Assembly (NCBI GenBank): GCA_965116015.1
Contig: OZ220477.1
Span: 1,165,704 to 1,229,703, forward strand
Source: Dehalococcoidia bacterium
Lineage (GTDB): Bacteria > Chloroflexota > Dehalococcoidia > Lucifugimonadales > Australimonadaceae
Direction of reading: 5' to 3'
DNA: 64,000 nucleotides
Shown here: piece by piece, positions 9,714 through 17,993 of the stretch
How positions within the stretch are numbered: position 1 is the first letter of the stretch
Layout of the letters: each line of letters starts with the position of its first letter
Notes under the pieces: model-generated
Databases searched by the model: none
Told to the model about the DNA's origin: nothing
What the model saw: only the letters and a program-made list of their open reading frames with translations
Translations under genes and position numbers: made by a program

Positions 9714-10727
9714 ATGAACCCCGCCCCCACAATCCTACCCCCCGCGGACAGCGCCCCCGCCATCGTCTCCGACTCCAACATCGCCCTCCCCCAAAACCTC
9801 GCCAAAGGCCTCCCCCTCTTCACCGCCCCCCTCGAACTCCACATCGGCGGCCAAACCTACGCCGACGGCGTCGACATCACCCCCTCCCGCTTCTACGAAC
9901 TCCTCGACAGCGGCGAACAACCCAAAACCTCCGCCCCAACCCCAGGCGCATTCCTCCGCGCATTCCAACAAGCCCAATCCCGCTCCAACAACATCATTTG
10001 CATCACCATCTCCTCCAACCTCAGCGCCGCCTACAACTCCGCCGCAGAAGCCGCCTCCCTCGCCGCCTCCCAACTCCCAACCCTCCACATCACCCTCATC
10101 GACTCCCGAACCGCCAGCGCCGCCCAAGCCCTCATCGCCCTCGACGCCGCCCGCGCCGCCGCCCGCAACGCCCCGCTCCACGAAACCCTCCACATCATCC
10201 AGCAGCGCATCGCCCACACCATCCTCTTCGGCTCCCTCGGCTCAATGCGACACCTCTCCCGCAGCGGACGCATCCCCCTCCCCCTCTTCTGGATAGCATC
10301 CCTCCTCAACGTCAAACCCGTCCTCCAACTCTCCAACGGAACCATCAGAATGATCGACCGACCCCGCAGCGACGCCAGAGCCCTACAACGCATCGTCCGC
10401 CTCGCCGAACGCCGCCTCGACGGCTCCCCCGCCCGCATCGCCGTCATCCACGCCAACGCCCCCGAAAAAGCCCAACGACTCGCCAACGCCCTCCGCCAAA
10501 CCCTCCCCATACAAGAACTCTTCACCGCCGAACTCACCCCAGTCATCGGAGCCCACACCGGACCCGGACTCGTCGGCTGCGCCCTCCAACCCGCCAACCG
10601 CGACCCCAACCCCGCCCCTCCCCCCAACCCCAACGACCCCCCGCAAACTCCCCCTCCCTCCCCAACAGACAAGGTATCCTCGCCCGAAACCCCCTCCCCC
10701 CAAAACCCGCAACCGCGCACCCCCTAA
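9714..10727 (+). CDS. DegV family fatty-acid-binding protein with a Pro-rich C-terminal tail
   Basis: Blocks IVSDSNIALP, TSAPTPGAFLRAF, ITISSNLSAAYNSA and TPVIGAHTGPG are present. The last ~45 aa are P/N/T low-complexity. Confidence 0.85.
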   Translation: MNPAPTILPPADSAPAIVSDSNIALPQNLAKGLPLFTAPLELHIGGQTYADGVDITPSRFYELLDSGEQPKTSAPTPGAFLRAFQQAQSRSNNIICITISSNLSAAYNSAAEAASLAASQLPTLHITLIDSRTASAAQALIALDAARAAARNAPLHETLHIIQQRIAHTILFGSLGSMRHLSRSGRIPLPLFWIASLLNVKPVLQLSNGTIRMIDRPRSDARALQRIVRLAERRLDGSPARIAVIHANAPEKAQRLANALRQTLPIQELFTAELTPVIGAHTGPGLVGCALQPANRDPNPAPPPNPNDPPQTPPPSPTDKVSSPETPSPQNPQPRTP

Positions 10728-10768
10728 CCCCCCTCGCCCGCCTCCAAACACAAACAGGAGCAACCCTA

Positions 10769-12286
10769 ATGGTCACCCTCCGCGCCCAAGCCGGCGACAT
10801 CGCCCGATTCCCCGCCGACGCCGTCATCGTCAACCTCTTCGACGGCGTAACCCGCCCCGCCGGCGCAACCGGCGCCGTCGACAACGCCCTCAACGGCGCC
10901 ATCTCCCAACTCATCGCCGACAACGAAATCACCGGCAAGCAAGGCGAGATCGCCCACATCCACACCCTCGGGAAAATCCCCCCAAAACGCGTCGTCATCG
11001 TCGGCCTCGGCAACCGCGAAAAACTCAACCCCCACGCCATCCGCGACCTCGCTGCCGAAGCCGCCCGGTACGCCCAGCGCATCGGCGCCCGCAGCGCCGC
11101 ATCCATCGCCCACGGCGCAGGCATCGGCGCAATCAACCCCGCACACTCAGCCCAGGCAATAGCCGAAGGCTCCATCCTCGGCCTCTACCGATTCAACCGC
11201 CACCAAGCCAGCAACAACGACAACAAGCTCCTCAACGAAATCACCCTCGTCGATCACGACCCATCCCGCATCCCAGCCCTCGCCGACAGCCTCCGAAAAG
11301 GCGCCGTCCTCGCCGAATGCGCAGCCCTCGCCCGCGACCTCGTCAACGAACCCGCAAACGTCATCAACCCCGCCCGCCTGGCCGAAATCGCAACCGACAT
11401 CGCCCGCGACGCCAACCTCCACATCAGCGCCCTCAACCGCGACGACATCGCCCAGCACGGAATGAACGCCATCCTCGCCGTCTCCTCAGGCAGCGCCAGC
11501 GAACCGCGACTCATCTCAATGGAATACCTCGGCGACCCCAACCAACCCGAAAACAACATCGCCCTCATCGGCAAAGGAGTCACCTTCGACTCCGGCGGCA
11601 TCTCCATCAAAGGAGCCAACCGCATGTGGGAAATGAAAGGCGATATGAGCGGCGCAGCAGCCGTCATCGCCGCCATGAAAGCCATCGCCAACCTCCAACC
11701 CAGAATCAACGTCTTCGGCGTCGTCCCAGCCGTCGAAAACATGCCCTCCGGAACCGCCCTCCGTCCCGGCGACATCATCCGCGCTATGAACGGCAAAACC
11801 ATCGAAGTCGACAACACCGACGCCGAAGGACGCCTCATCCTCGCCGACGCCATCTCCTACATCCGCCAAACCAAAAACCCCCAACGCATCGTCGACATCG
11901 CCACCCTAACCAGCGCCGCCATCGTCGCCCTCGGACACGTCTCCTCAGCCCTTATGGGAACCTCCCAAACCCTCGTCGACTCCATCCTCGCAGCCTCCCG
12001 ATCCACCGGCGAGAAACTATGGCAGCTCCCACTCTTCGACGAATACAAACGCCAGATCCGCTCCGACTACGCCGACATCAAAAACACCGGCGGACGGCCC
12101 GCCGGCGCCATCACCGCAGCCCTCTTCATCGCCGAATTCACCGAAAACGCCCAATGGGCCCACCTCGACATCGCCGGAACCTTCCTCTCCGACCGCCTCG
12201 ACGGACACCTCGTCAAAGGCGCAACCGGCGTCCCCGCCCGAACCCTAGTCCAACTCGTCGAAAACCTCGCCGCCGCCAACAACTAA
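10769..12286 (+). CDS. pepA: leucyl aminopeptidase (M17)
   Basis: NEPAN, GKGVTFDSGGISIK and the NTDAEGRLILAD signature. AGGAG lies 8 nt upstream of the ATG at 10769. Confidence 0.95.
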   Translation: MVTLRAQAGDIARFPADAVIVNLFDGVTRPAGATGAVDNALNGAISQLIADNEITGKQGEIAHIHTLGKIPPKRVVIVGLGNREKLNPHAIRDLAAEAARYAQRIGARSAASIAHGAGIGAINPAHSAQAIAEGSILGLYRFNRHQASNNDNKLLNEITLVDHDPSRIPALADSLRKGAVLAECAALARDLVNEPANVINPARLAEIATDIARDANLHISALNRDDIAQHGMNAILAVSSGSASEPRLISMEYLGDPNQPENNIALIGKGVTFDSGGISIKGANRMWEMKGDMSGAAAVIAAMKAIANLQPRINVFGVVPAVENMPSGTALRPGDIIRAMNGKTIEVDNTDAEGRLILADAISYIRQTKNPQRIVDIATLTSAAIVALGHVSSALMGTSQTLVDSILAASRSTGEKLWQLPLFDEYKRQIRSDYADIKNTGGRPAGAITAALFIAEFTENAQWAHLDIAGTFLSDRLDGHLVKGATGVPARTLVQLVENLAAANN

Positions 12287-12364
12287 CCAACCCGCAAACC
12301 CCTCGACGCCCGCCCAACGCCCAAACCTCCCCAGCGCCGCAACTAACTCCGCCCGGAAAACCCT

Positions 12365-14083
12365 ATGCTCACCAGCATCGCCATCCGCAACTTCAAACAA
12401 TTCGACAACACAACCGTCGAACTCGCCAGCCCCGTCGTCTTCATCGGCCCCAACAACTCCGGCAAAACCTCCGCTATGCAAGCCCTCGCCCTCTGGAGCA
12501 TCGGCCTCAAACGATGGCTCGAACGCGGCGGCAAACGCCAGCGCGCCGTAACCATCAACCGCCAAGACCTCTTCGCCCTACCCGTCCCCCAAGCCAACCT
12601 CCTCTGGAGAAACCTCCACGTCCGCAACTCAGGAAAGAACGCCTACGGCAAACAGACAACCTCCAACGTCCTCATCCACATAACCGTAAACGGCGTAACC
12701 AACGGCCGAACCTGGTCCTCCCCCCTCGAATTCGACTACGCCAACCCCGAATCCCTCTACTGCCGGCCGCTCCGCCTCAACGGAACCCTCGCCAACATCC
12801 CCGACGAAGCCAAAAACCTCCACATCGCCTTCCTCCCGCCTATGTCCGGCCTCGCCGCCGCCGAAACCCGGCTGCCCCCAGGAGCCGTCAACGTCCGCAT
12901 CGGCGAAGGACGAACCGCCGAAGTCCTCCGAAACCTCTGCCACTCCATCTCCCGCCAGCAACCCGACCGCTGGAAACAACTCGTCCAGCACATACACAAC
13001 CAATTCGGCGCAACCATCGAAACACCGCGCGACGTCCCCGAACGCGGCGAAATCACAATGTCCTACACCGAACGCGACAACCGCTCCGGCAAAGACGTCC
13101 GCTTCGACCTCTCATCAAGCGGACGAGGTCTCCAGCAAACGCTCCTCCTCCTCGCATACCTCTACGCCAACGACGGCGCCGTCCTCCTCCTCGACGAACC
13201 CGACGCCCACCTCGAAATACCCCGCCAGCGCGAAACCTACCGCATGATCGCCAGCATAGCCGCCAGCGCGCACAACCAGTGCATCATCGCCAGCCACTCC
13301 GAAGTCATACTCGACGAAGCCGCCGAAAAAGACGTCGTCATCGCATTCGTCGGCAAACCCCACCGCATCGACAATCGCGGAAGCCAGCTCCGCAAATCCC
13401 TCCGCGACATCCCCTTCTCCCACTACTACCAAGCAGAGCAAACCGGATGGGCCCTCTACCTCGAAGGCTCCACAGACCTCGCCATCCTCCAAGCCTTCGC
13501 CGAACGCCTCCGCCACCAGCGCGCGATTCAAGCCCTCCAGCGACCCTTCGTCCACTACACAGGAAACCTCCCAGCCAAAGCCAGCGACCACTTCCACGGC
13601 CTCCGCGAAGCCTTCCCCCATCTCAAAGGACTCGCCCTCTTCGACCGCCTCGAACCCTCCCCCGCAAGCGACGGCCTCCGCATAATCACCTGGCGCCGGC
13701 GCGAAATCGAGAACTACCTCTGCTCGCAAGCAACGCTCGAAAACCTCGCCGCCGAATCCGCAGAACAAGACGAAATCGGCCTGTCCGTCGCCCCCGAAGC
13801 CGAACGACGGCTCGCAGCAATGCGCCAAGCCATCGACGAAGTCGCTCAAGCAATGACAACCCTCCGCAGAGGCTCCCCCTGGAGCCCCGACTGCAAAGCC
13901 AGCGACGACTTCCTCGCTCCCCTCTTCGAAACCTACTACTCCAACCTCAACCTCCCCAACCTCATGAACAAAAGCGCCTTCCACTCCCTCGTCCCCTACG
14001 TCCCCAACAACGAAATCGACCCCGAAATCTCCGCCAAACTCGACGCCATCGCAAACATCCACGAATCCGCCTCCCCCCACTAA
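12365..14083 (+). CDS. ABC-type (AAA_15/21-like) ATPase fused to a TOPRIM/DUF4435-like C-terminal domain (OLD/AbiL-like; candidate defence protein)
   Basis: Walker A GPNNSGKT, signature-like LSSSGRG, Walker B LLLDEPDAHL, H-loop ASHS. The C-terminal half has YLEGSTDLAIL (an E-G-x-x-D TOPRIM-like motif) and LALFDRLE. Confidence 0.65.
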   Translation: MLTSIAIRNFKQFDNTTVELASPVVFIGPNNSGKTSAMQALALWSIGLKRWLERGGKRQRAVTINRQDLFALPVPQANLLWRNLHVRNSGKNAYGKQTTSNVLIHITVNGVTNGRTWSSPLEFDYANPESLYCRPLRLNGTLANIPDEAKNLHIAFLPPMSGLAAAETRLPPGAVNVRIGEGRTAEVLRNLCHSISRQQPDRWKQLVQHIHNQFGATIETPRDVPERGEITMSYTERDNRSGKDVRFDLSSSGRGLQQTLLLLAYLYANDGAVLLLDEPDAHLEIPRQRETYRMIASIAASAHNQCIIASHSEVILDEAAEKDVVIAFVGKPHRIDNRGSQLRKSLRDIPFSHYYQAEQTGWALYLEGSTDLAILQAFAERLRHQRAIQALQRPFVHYTGNLPAKASDHFHGLREAFPHLKGLALFDRLEPSPASDGLRIITWRRREIENYLCSQATLENLAAESAEQDEIGLSVAPEAERRLAAMRQAIDEVAQAMTTLRRGSPWSPDCKASDDFLAPLFETYYSNLNLPNLMNKSAFHSLVPYVPNNEIDPEISAKLDAIANIHESASPH

Positions 14084-14106
14084 CCCCGCGCCCAATCACC
14101 TCCCCA

Positions 14107-14255
14107 CATCGCTCCCCCGCAGGCGCGACGAACCTTTCCTTAGGCATGGGGATGAACCCGATACGGACACGGACACCGATACGGATACGGAAACCTTTCC
14201 TTAGGCATGGGGATGAACCTCCCATCCTCATCGCTCCCCGCAGGCGCGACGAACC
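14107..14255 (+). repeat. composite direct repeats X-Y-(GAYACS)5-Y-X
   Basis: X = catcgctcc(c)ccgcaggcgcgacgaacc at 14107-14134 and 14229-14255. Y = aacctttccttaggcatggggatgaacc at 14131-14158 and 14192-14219 (perfect, 28 bp). A hexamer tract (gatacg/gacacg) lies at 14159-14190. Confidence 0.9.
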
Positions 14256-14462
14256 CCTGGCCCTGTTCCAGCGCGTCGAACAAGCCCCGCCCGGTCCACG
14301 CCGACGCCCCCAACCTCACACGCCTCCTTATCGTCAAAACCACGACACTTACCCGTTGCGCAATAAGCGCTCTCGCCCCTACGCTATCACCTTGGGAAAC
14401 CGCCCCCCGAACGGGCAACCCGCCCCACCCCCGCCCCCGCAAACCCAAACCCAAGGAGGAGA

Positions 14463-14489
14463 ACGTTACGAAATGTTACAGAATGTTAC
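14463..14489 (+). promoter_or_regulatory. three 10-bp-phased (A)TGTTAC motifs overlapping the HTH gene start codon (candidate operator)
   Basis: aCGTTACgaaATGTTACagaATGTTACg. The same triple motif occurs in inverted orientation at 43184-43210. Confidence 0.5.
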
Positions 14490-14874
14490 GCCCGAACAAA
14501 CCAACTCCCTCTCCCCGCGACAAACCGCCGCGCTCCCCCACATCGCCTCAGAACCCACCCTCGCCGACGGCGCCCGCGCCGCCCGCATCGCCAGAATCAC
14601 CCTCAACCGATGGATGCGCGAACCCGCATTCCGAGCCGAACTCGAACGCATCCGCCAGAACATCGCCGACCTCGCCTTCACCGAGCTCCAAGCCGCTACC
14701 CTCAAAGCCGTCTTCCGCGTCGTCGAACTCCTCAACCACCCAGACCCCAACCTCAGACTCAAAGCCGCCAAAACCATCCTCTCAACCGCCATCGCCTCCC
14801 GCAGCGACAAAGACCTCTCCCTACGCCTCGACACCATCGACAACGCCCTCTCCCTCCTCAAAAACCAGCAATGA
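14473..14874 (+). CDS. small HTH protein (phage small-terminase-like / phBC6A51-type HTH)
   Basis: 133 aa. LSPRQTAALPHIASEPTLADGARAARIARITLNRWMREPAFRAEL fits the pattern of terS-type HTH domains. AAGGAGG lies 11-13 nt upstream. Confidence 0.55.
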   Translation: MLQNVTPEQTNSLSPRQTAALPHIASEPTLADGARAARIARITLNRWMREPAFRAELERIRQNIADLAFTELQAATLKAVFRVVELLNHPDPNLRLKAAKTILSTAIASRSDKDLSLRLDTIDNALSLLKNQQ

Positions 14875-15245
14875 AAAACTCCCTCCGCCGCATCGAACGC
14901 TACCTCGCCTGCCAGATCGCCCAAGTCTCCCTGCAGCCCATCGCCGCCGACTACATCGAACGCTGGAAACTCAACCGCCAGCGGAAACAACCCCTCCCTC
15001 CCCCCGAAGAACTCATCGACTCCGCAGCCGCCGCCCGAATCCCCACCCTCGCCCCCGGACCCCTCATCGACTACCTCTGCAAATGCGCCGACAACAACGA
15101 CACCCCCGAACCTAACCGCATCATCGAAGCCATCGTCCACGGATACGCCCGCGACTTCCTCAAAGCCGACAGAACCTGCCGCTGCCCCGCGCGCAAACCC
15201 CTCTACGCCTCACACCGCATCCGACCCATCAACCCCCTCCCCTAA
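14871..15245 (+). CDS. hypothetical protein (124 aa), translationally coupled to the HTH gene
   Basis: ATGA start/stop overlap with the upstream CDS. No recognisable motif. Confidence 0.4.
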   Translation: MKNSLRRIERYLACQIAQVSLQPIAADYIERWKLNRQRKQPLPPPEELIDSAAAARIPTLAPGPLIDYLCKCADNNDTPEPNRIIEAIVHGYARDFLKADRTCRCPARKPLYASHRIRPINPLP

Positions 15246-15336
15246 CCTCAGACGCCCGCCCATCCCGCCTCCCCATCCAACCCCCAAGCCCCCCGTTTGA
15301 CCTCCAACCCCCCAACCCCTACAATCGCCACTCCAC

Positions 15337-15413
15337 GGTGGGCGTAGTCGAGGGGTTAAGACGCCAGGTTGTGGCCCTGGAGATCGAGGGTTCAATTCCC
15401 TCCGCTCACCCCA
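15337..15413 (+). tRNA. tRNA-His (GTG) with encoded G-1 and CCA
   Basis: Hand-folded cloverleaf. Acceptor GTGGGCG/CGCTCAC, anticodon stem CCAGG/CCTGG, loop TTGTGGC, T-arm GAGGG-TTCAATT-CCCTC. An extra 5' G is opposite discriminator C. Confidence 0.9.
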
Positions 15414-15440
15414 CCCCCGCGACCCCAGGAGGACAAACCC

Positions 15441-16184
15441 ATGGGCAAACTCGACAACAAGGTCGCCATCATCGTCGGCGGCGGACGCAACATCGGACGC
15501 GCCACCGCCAAACTCTTCGCCTCCGAAGGCGCCCGCATCGCCATCTTCGACCTCGACCAATCCCGCGCAGCCTCCGTAACCGAAGAGATCGCCGAACAAG
15601 GCGGCCAGGCAACCTACACAACCGGCGCCGTCCAGAACCCCAACGACATCCAGAATATGATCGCCTCCGTCGTCAACCACTACGGCCAGATCGACATCCT
15701 CGTCAACTGCGCCGCCATCTCCGACCGCTCCCCTATGCTCGAACTCGACAACGACGAATACCTCCGAGTCATCGACGTAACCATGAACGGAACCTACTAC
15801 GCCTGCAAATACGTCGCCCAGCAAATGATCGACCAGGGACACGGCGGAACCATCGTCAACTTCTCCTCAGGCTCCGCATTCCAGGGCAACACCCGGCGCG
15901 TCGCCTACGATATGGCCAAAGGCGCCATCGTAACCCTCACTATGGATATGGCCGCACAGCTCGCACAGCACGGCATCCGAACCAACTGCATCGCCCCAGG
16001 AATCACCGGATCCCAAGTCGGCGGCCAGATACCCTTCGAAGACCGCGCAACCACCAACCTAGTCGGCGGACGACCCGGATACCCCGAAGAACAAGCCAGC
16101 GTCGCCCTCTTCCTCGCCAGCGACGACTCCCGACACCTCTACGGACAAACCCTCCGCAACGACGGCGGCGGCTCCATCCTCTAA
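15441..16184 (+). CDS. SDR family oxidoreductase
   Basis: VAIIVGGGRNIGRA (TGxxxGxG-like), NCAA, and the catalytic Y..AK (AYDMAKGA). AGGAGGA RBS. Confidence 0.88.
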   Translation: MGKLDNKVAIIVGGGRNIGRATAKLFASEGARIAIFDLDQSRAASVTEEIAEQGGQATYTTGAVQNPNDIQNMIASVVNHYGQIDILVNCAAISDRSPMLELDNDEYLRVIDVTMNGTYYACKYVAQQMIDQGHGGTIVNFSSGSAFQGNTRRVAYDMAKGAIVTLTMDMAAQLAQHGIRTNCIAPGITGSQVGGQIPFEDRATTNLVGGRPGYPEEQASVALFLASDDSRHLYGQTLRNDGGGSIL

Positions 16185-16252
16185 CCCCACGACTAACCCC
16201 CACAGCCCGCGAACCAGCCCCGCCCCCACAACCCGCAAGCCCAGGAGACCCA

Positions 16253-16576
16253 ATGACCAGCGACTACCAGAAAACCGCCCACAGGAGCGACGTCAAACCC
16301 AACGAACTCCTCCTCGTCCAGGTCGGCGAACGCCAGATCCTCCTCACCGAACTCGATGGCCAAGTCATCGCCTTCGACAATATGTGCACCCACGAAGAAT
16401 GCGACCTCCTCTACGGCGCCATCGACGACATCAACGAGATCGAATGCGACTGCCACGGCGCCCGCTTCAACGTCCTCACCGGTGAAGTCGCAAGCCCCCC
16501 AGCCGAAATCCCCCTCCCCATCTACAACATCTCCGTCAACGACTCCTACGTCTACGTCGGCCCCCGCAAAAACTAA
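16253..16576 (+). CDS. Rieske [2Fe-2S] ferredoxin
   Basis: The C-T-H..C and C-D-C-H-G-A-R-F cluster-binding motifs are present. 107 aa. AGGAGA RBS. Confidence 0.85.
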   Translation: MTSDYQKTAHRSDVKPNELLLVQVGERQILLTELDGQVIAFDNMCTHEECDLLYGAIDDINEIECDCHGARFNVLTGEVASPPAEIPLPIYNISVNDSYVYVGPRKN

Positions 16577-16595
16577 CCCCCCCCCCCCCCCCCCC
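16577..16595 (+). repeat. homopolymer C19
   Basis: Nineteen consecutive C residues immediately after the Rieske gene's TAA stop. Confidence 0.95.
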
Positions 16596-16707
16596 GAAAG
16601 CGGAACCTCGCGCGAACCTCCAACCCGCTCCTCTCCCCCAAACAACTCCCCAGGAAACCCCGCATAGAACCAGCTCCCCTAGCGCAACCGCACAATCCCC
16701 AGCGCGC

Positions 16708-16784
16708 CCGCCCGTAGCTCAGTGGAACAGAGCATCGGTCTTCGGAACCGAGGGTCGTGGGTTCGAATCCCGCCGGGCGGGCCA
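16708..16784 (+). tRNA. tRNA-Arg (TCG), CCA encoded
   Basis: Hand fold. Acceptor CCGCCCG/CGGGCGG, D-arm GCTC-AGTGGAACA-GAGC, anticodon stem TCGGT/ACCGA, loop CTTCGGA, T-arm GTGGG-TTCGAAT-CCCGC. Confidence 0.85.
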
Positions 16785-16845
16785 CCCCCAACCTCCCCGC
16801 GCTAACATACCCCCAGCAATCCTCGCACAACCAAGGAGGCTCCCC

Positions 16846-17892
16846 ATGCCGGTAATCGACGCAGACACCCACGTCGACGAGACCGAAGCCACTTGGCAGC
16901 CCCTCCAAGGAGCCAGCGCCAAACACTCCCCAGCCACAATGACCCCAACCCCCCAAGAGATCCAGCGCCTCGCCCTCAGCCCCTCCCGCAGCCGCTTCTG
17001 GCTCGTCGAAGGTCGCCTCCAGGTCCGAGCCGTCCGCGACGACATCCACCACCCCCCACGACCGCGACGCGAACTCGAAGACATCCAGGGCCGCCTCGAC
17101 GATATGGACCGCATGGGCGTCGACATCCAGGTCCTCTTCCCCACCTTCTTCATCCGCTACATCTCCCTCAACCCCGAACCCGAAGCCGCCCTCGCACGCT
17201 CCTACAACCAATGGATCGCCGAACGCTGCGCCCAAACCAACGGACGCCTCCAATGGGCCGCCGTCATCCCCTGGCTAAACCCCAACGACGCCGTCCAAGA
17301 GATCCAATGGGCCAAAGACCACGGCGCCTGCGCCATCTTCAAACGCGGATTCGACCTCGGCAAACCCGTCAGCCACCCGCACTTCCTCCCCGCCTACGAA
17401 ACCGCAAACGACCTCAGCCTCCCACTCTGCATCCACACCGGACACCCCGGCAGCGAATGGGACCGCGGATTCCCCGTTATGGCCTCCTTCCTCTCCATCC
17501 TCAACGCCAACCTCCCCCGCCGATTCCCCAACATCCGCTTCGGCTTCATCGAAGCCGGAGCATCCTGGATCCCCTACGCCCTCTCCCAACTCGCAATGCG
17601 CGAACGCGCAGCACGCATCCACGAAGAAAACCCCACCGTCCCCCCATCCGCCTCCCTCTTCCGCGACAACCGCCTCTACATCTCCATCGACCCCGTCGAC
17701 GACATCCAATACCTCCTCTCCCTCGGCGCCGAAGACAACCTCATCATCGGCACCGACTACAGCCACACCGACCCCTCCGCAAACCTCAACGCCCTCGGCG
17801 AAGTCCGCCGCTGGGCCCAAGAGGGCAGAATCTCCAGCGACAACGCCGCCAAGATCCTCGAACGCAACCCCGCCGCCCTCTACGGACTCTAA
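16846..17892 (+). CDS. amidohydrolase-2 (ACMSD/PF04909-like) family protein
   Basis: N-terminal IDADTHV metal-binding motif, an internal IHTGHP, and the C-terminal GTDYSH..D motif. Confidence 0.8.
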   Translation: MPVIDADTHVDETEATWQPLQGASAKHSPATMTPTPQEIQRLALSPSRSRFWLVEGRLQVRAVRDDIHHPPRPRRELEDIQGRLDDMDRMGVDIQVLFPTFFIRYISLNPEPEAALARSYNQWIAERCAQTNGRLQWAAVIPWLNPNDAVQEIQWAKDHGACAIFKRGFDLGKPVSHPHFLPAYETANDLSLPLCIHTGHPGSEWDRGFPVMASFLSILNANLPRRFPNIRFGFIEAGASWIPYALSQLAMRERAARIHEENPTVPPSASLFRDNRLYISIDPVDDIQYLLSLGAEDNLIIGTDYSHTDPSANLNALGEVRRWAQEGRISSDNAAKILERNPAALYGL

Positions 17893-17993
17893 ACCCTCCC
17901 CGCCCCGCAGCGCCCGCCACGACAGCCCCATCCCGACAAACCCCCAACCCAACCCCTGCCCCCGCCTCGCCCAAACAACGAAACCACGAAACA

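Noticed and set aside
14146-14472. Upstream in-frame ATG (14146) that would extend the HTH protein by ~109 aa
   Set aside because: The extension would be R/P-rich junk encoded by the X/Y repeats. An AAGGAGG precedes the ATG at 14473, and copy B starts at the equivalent ATG.
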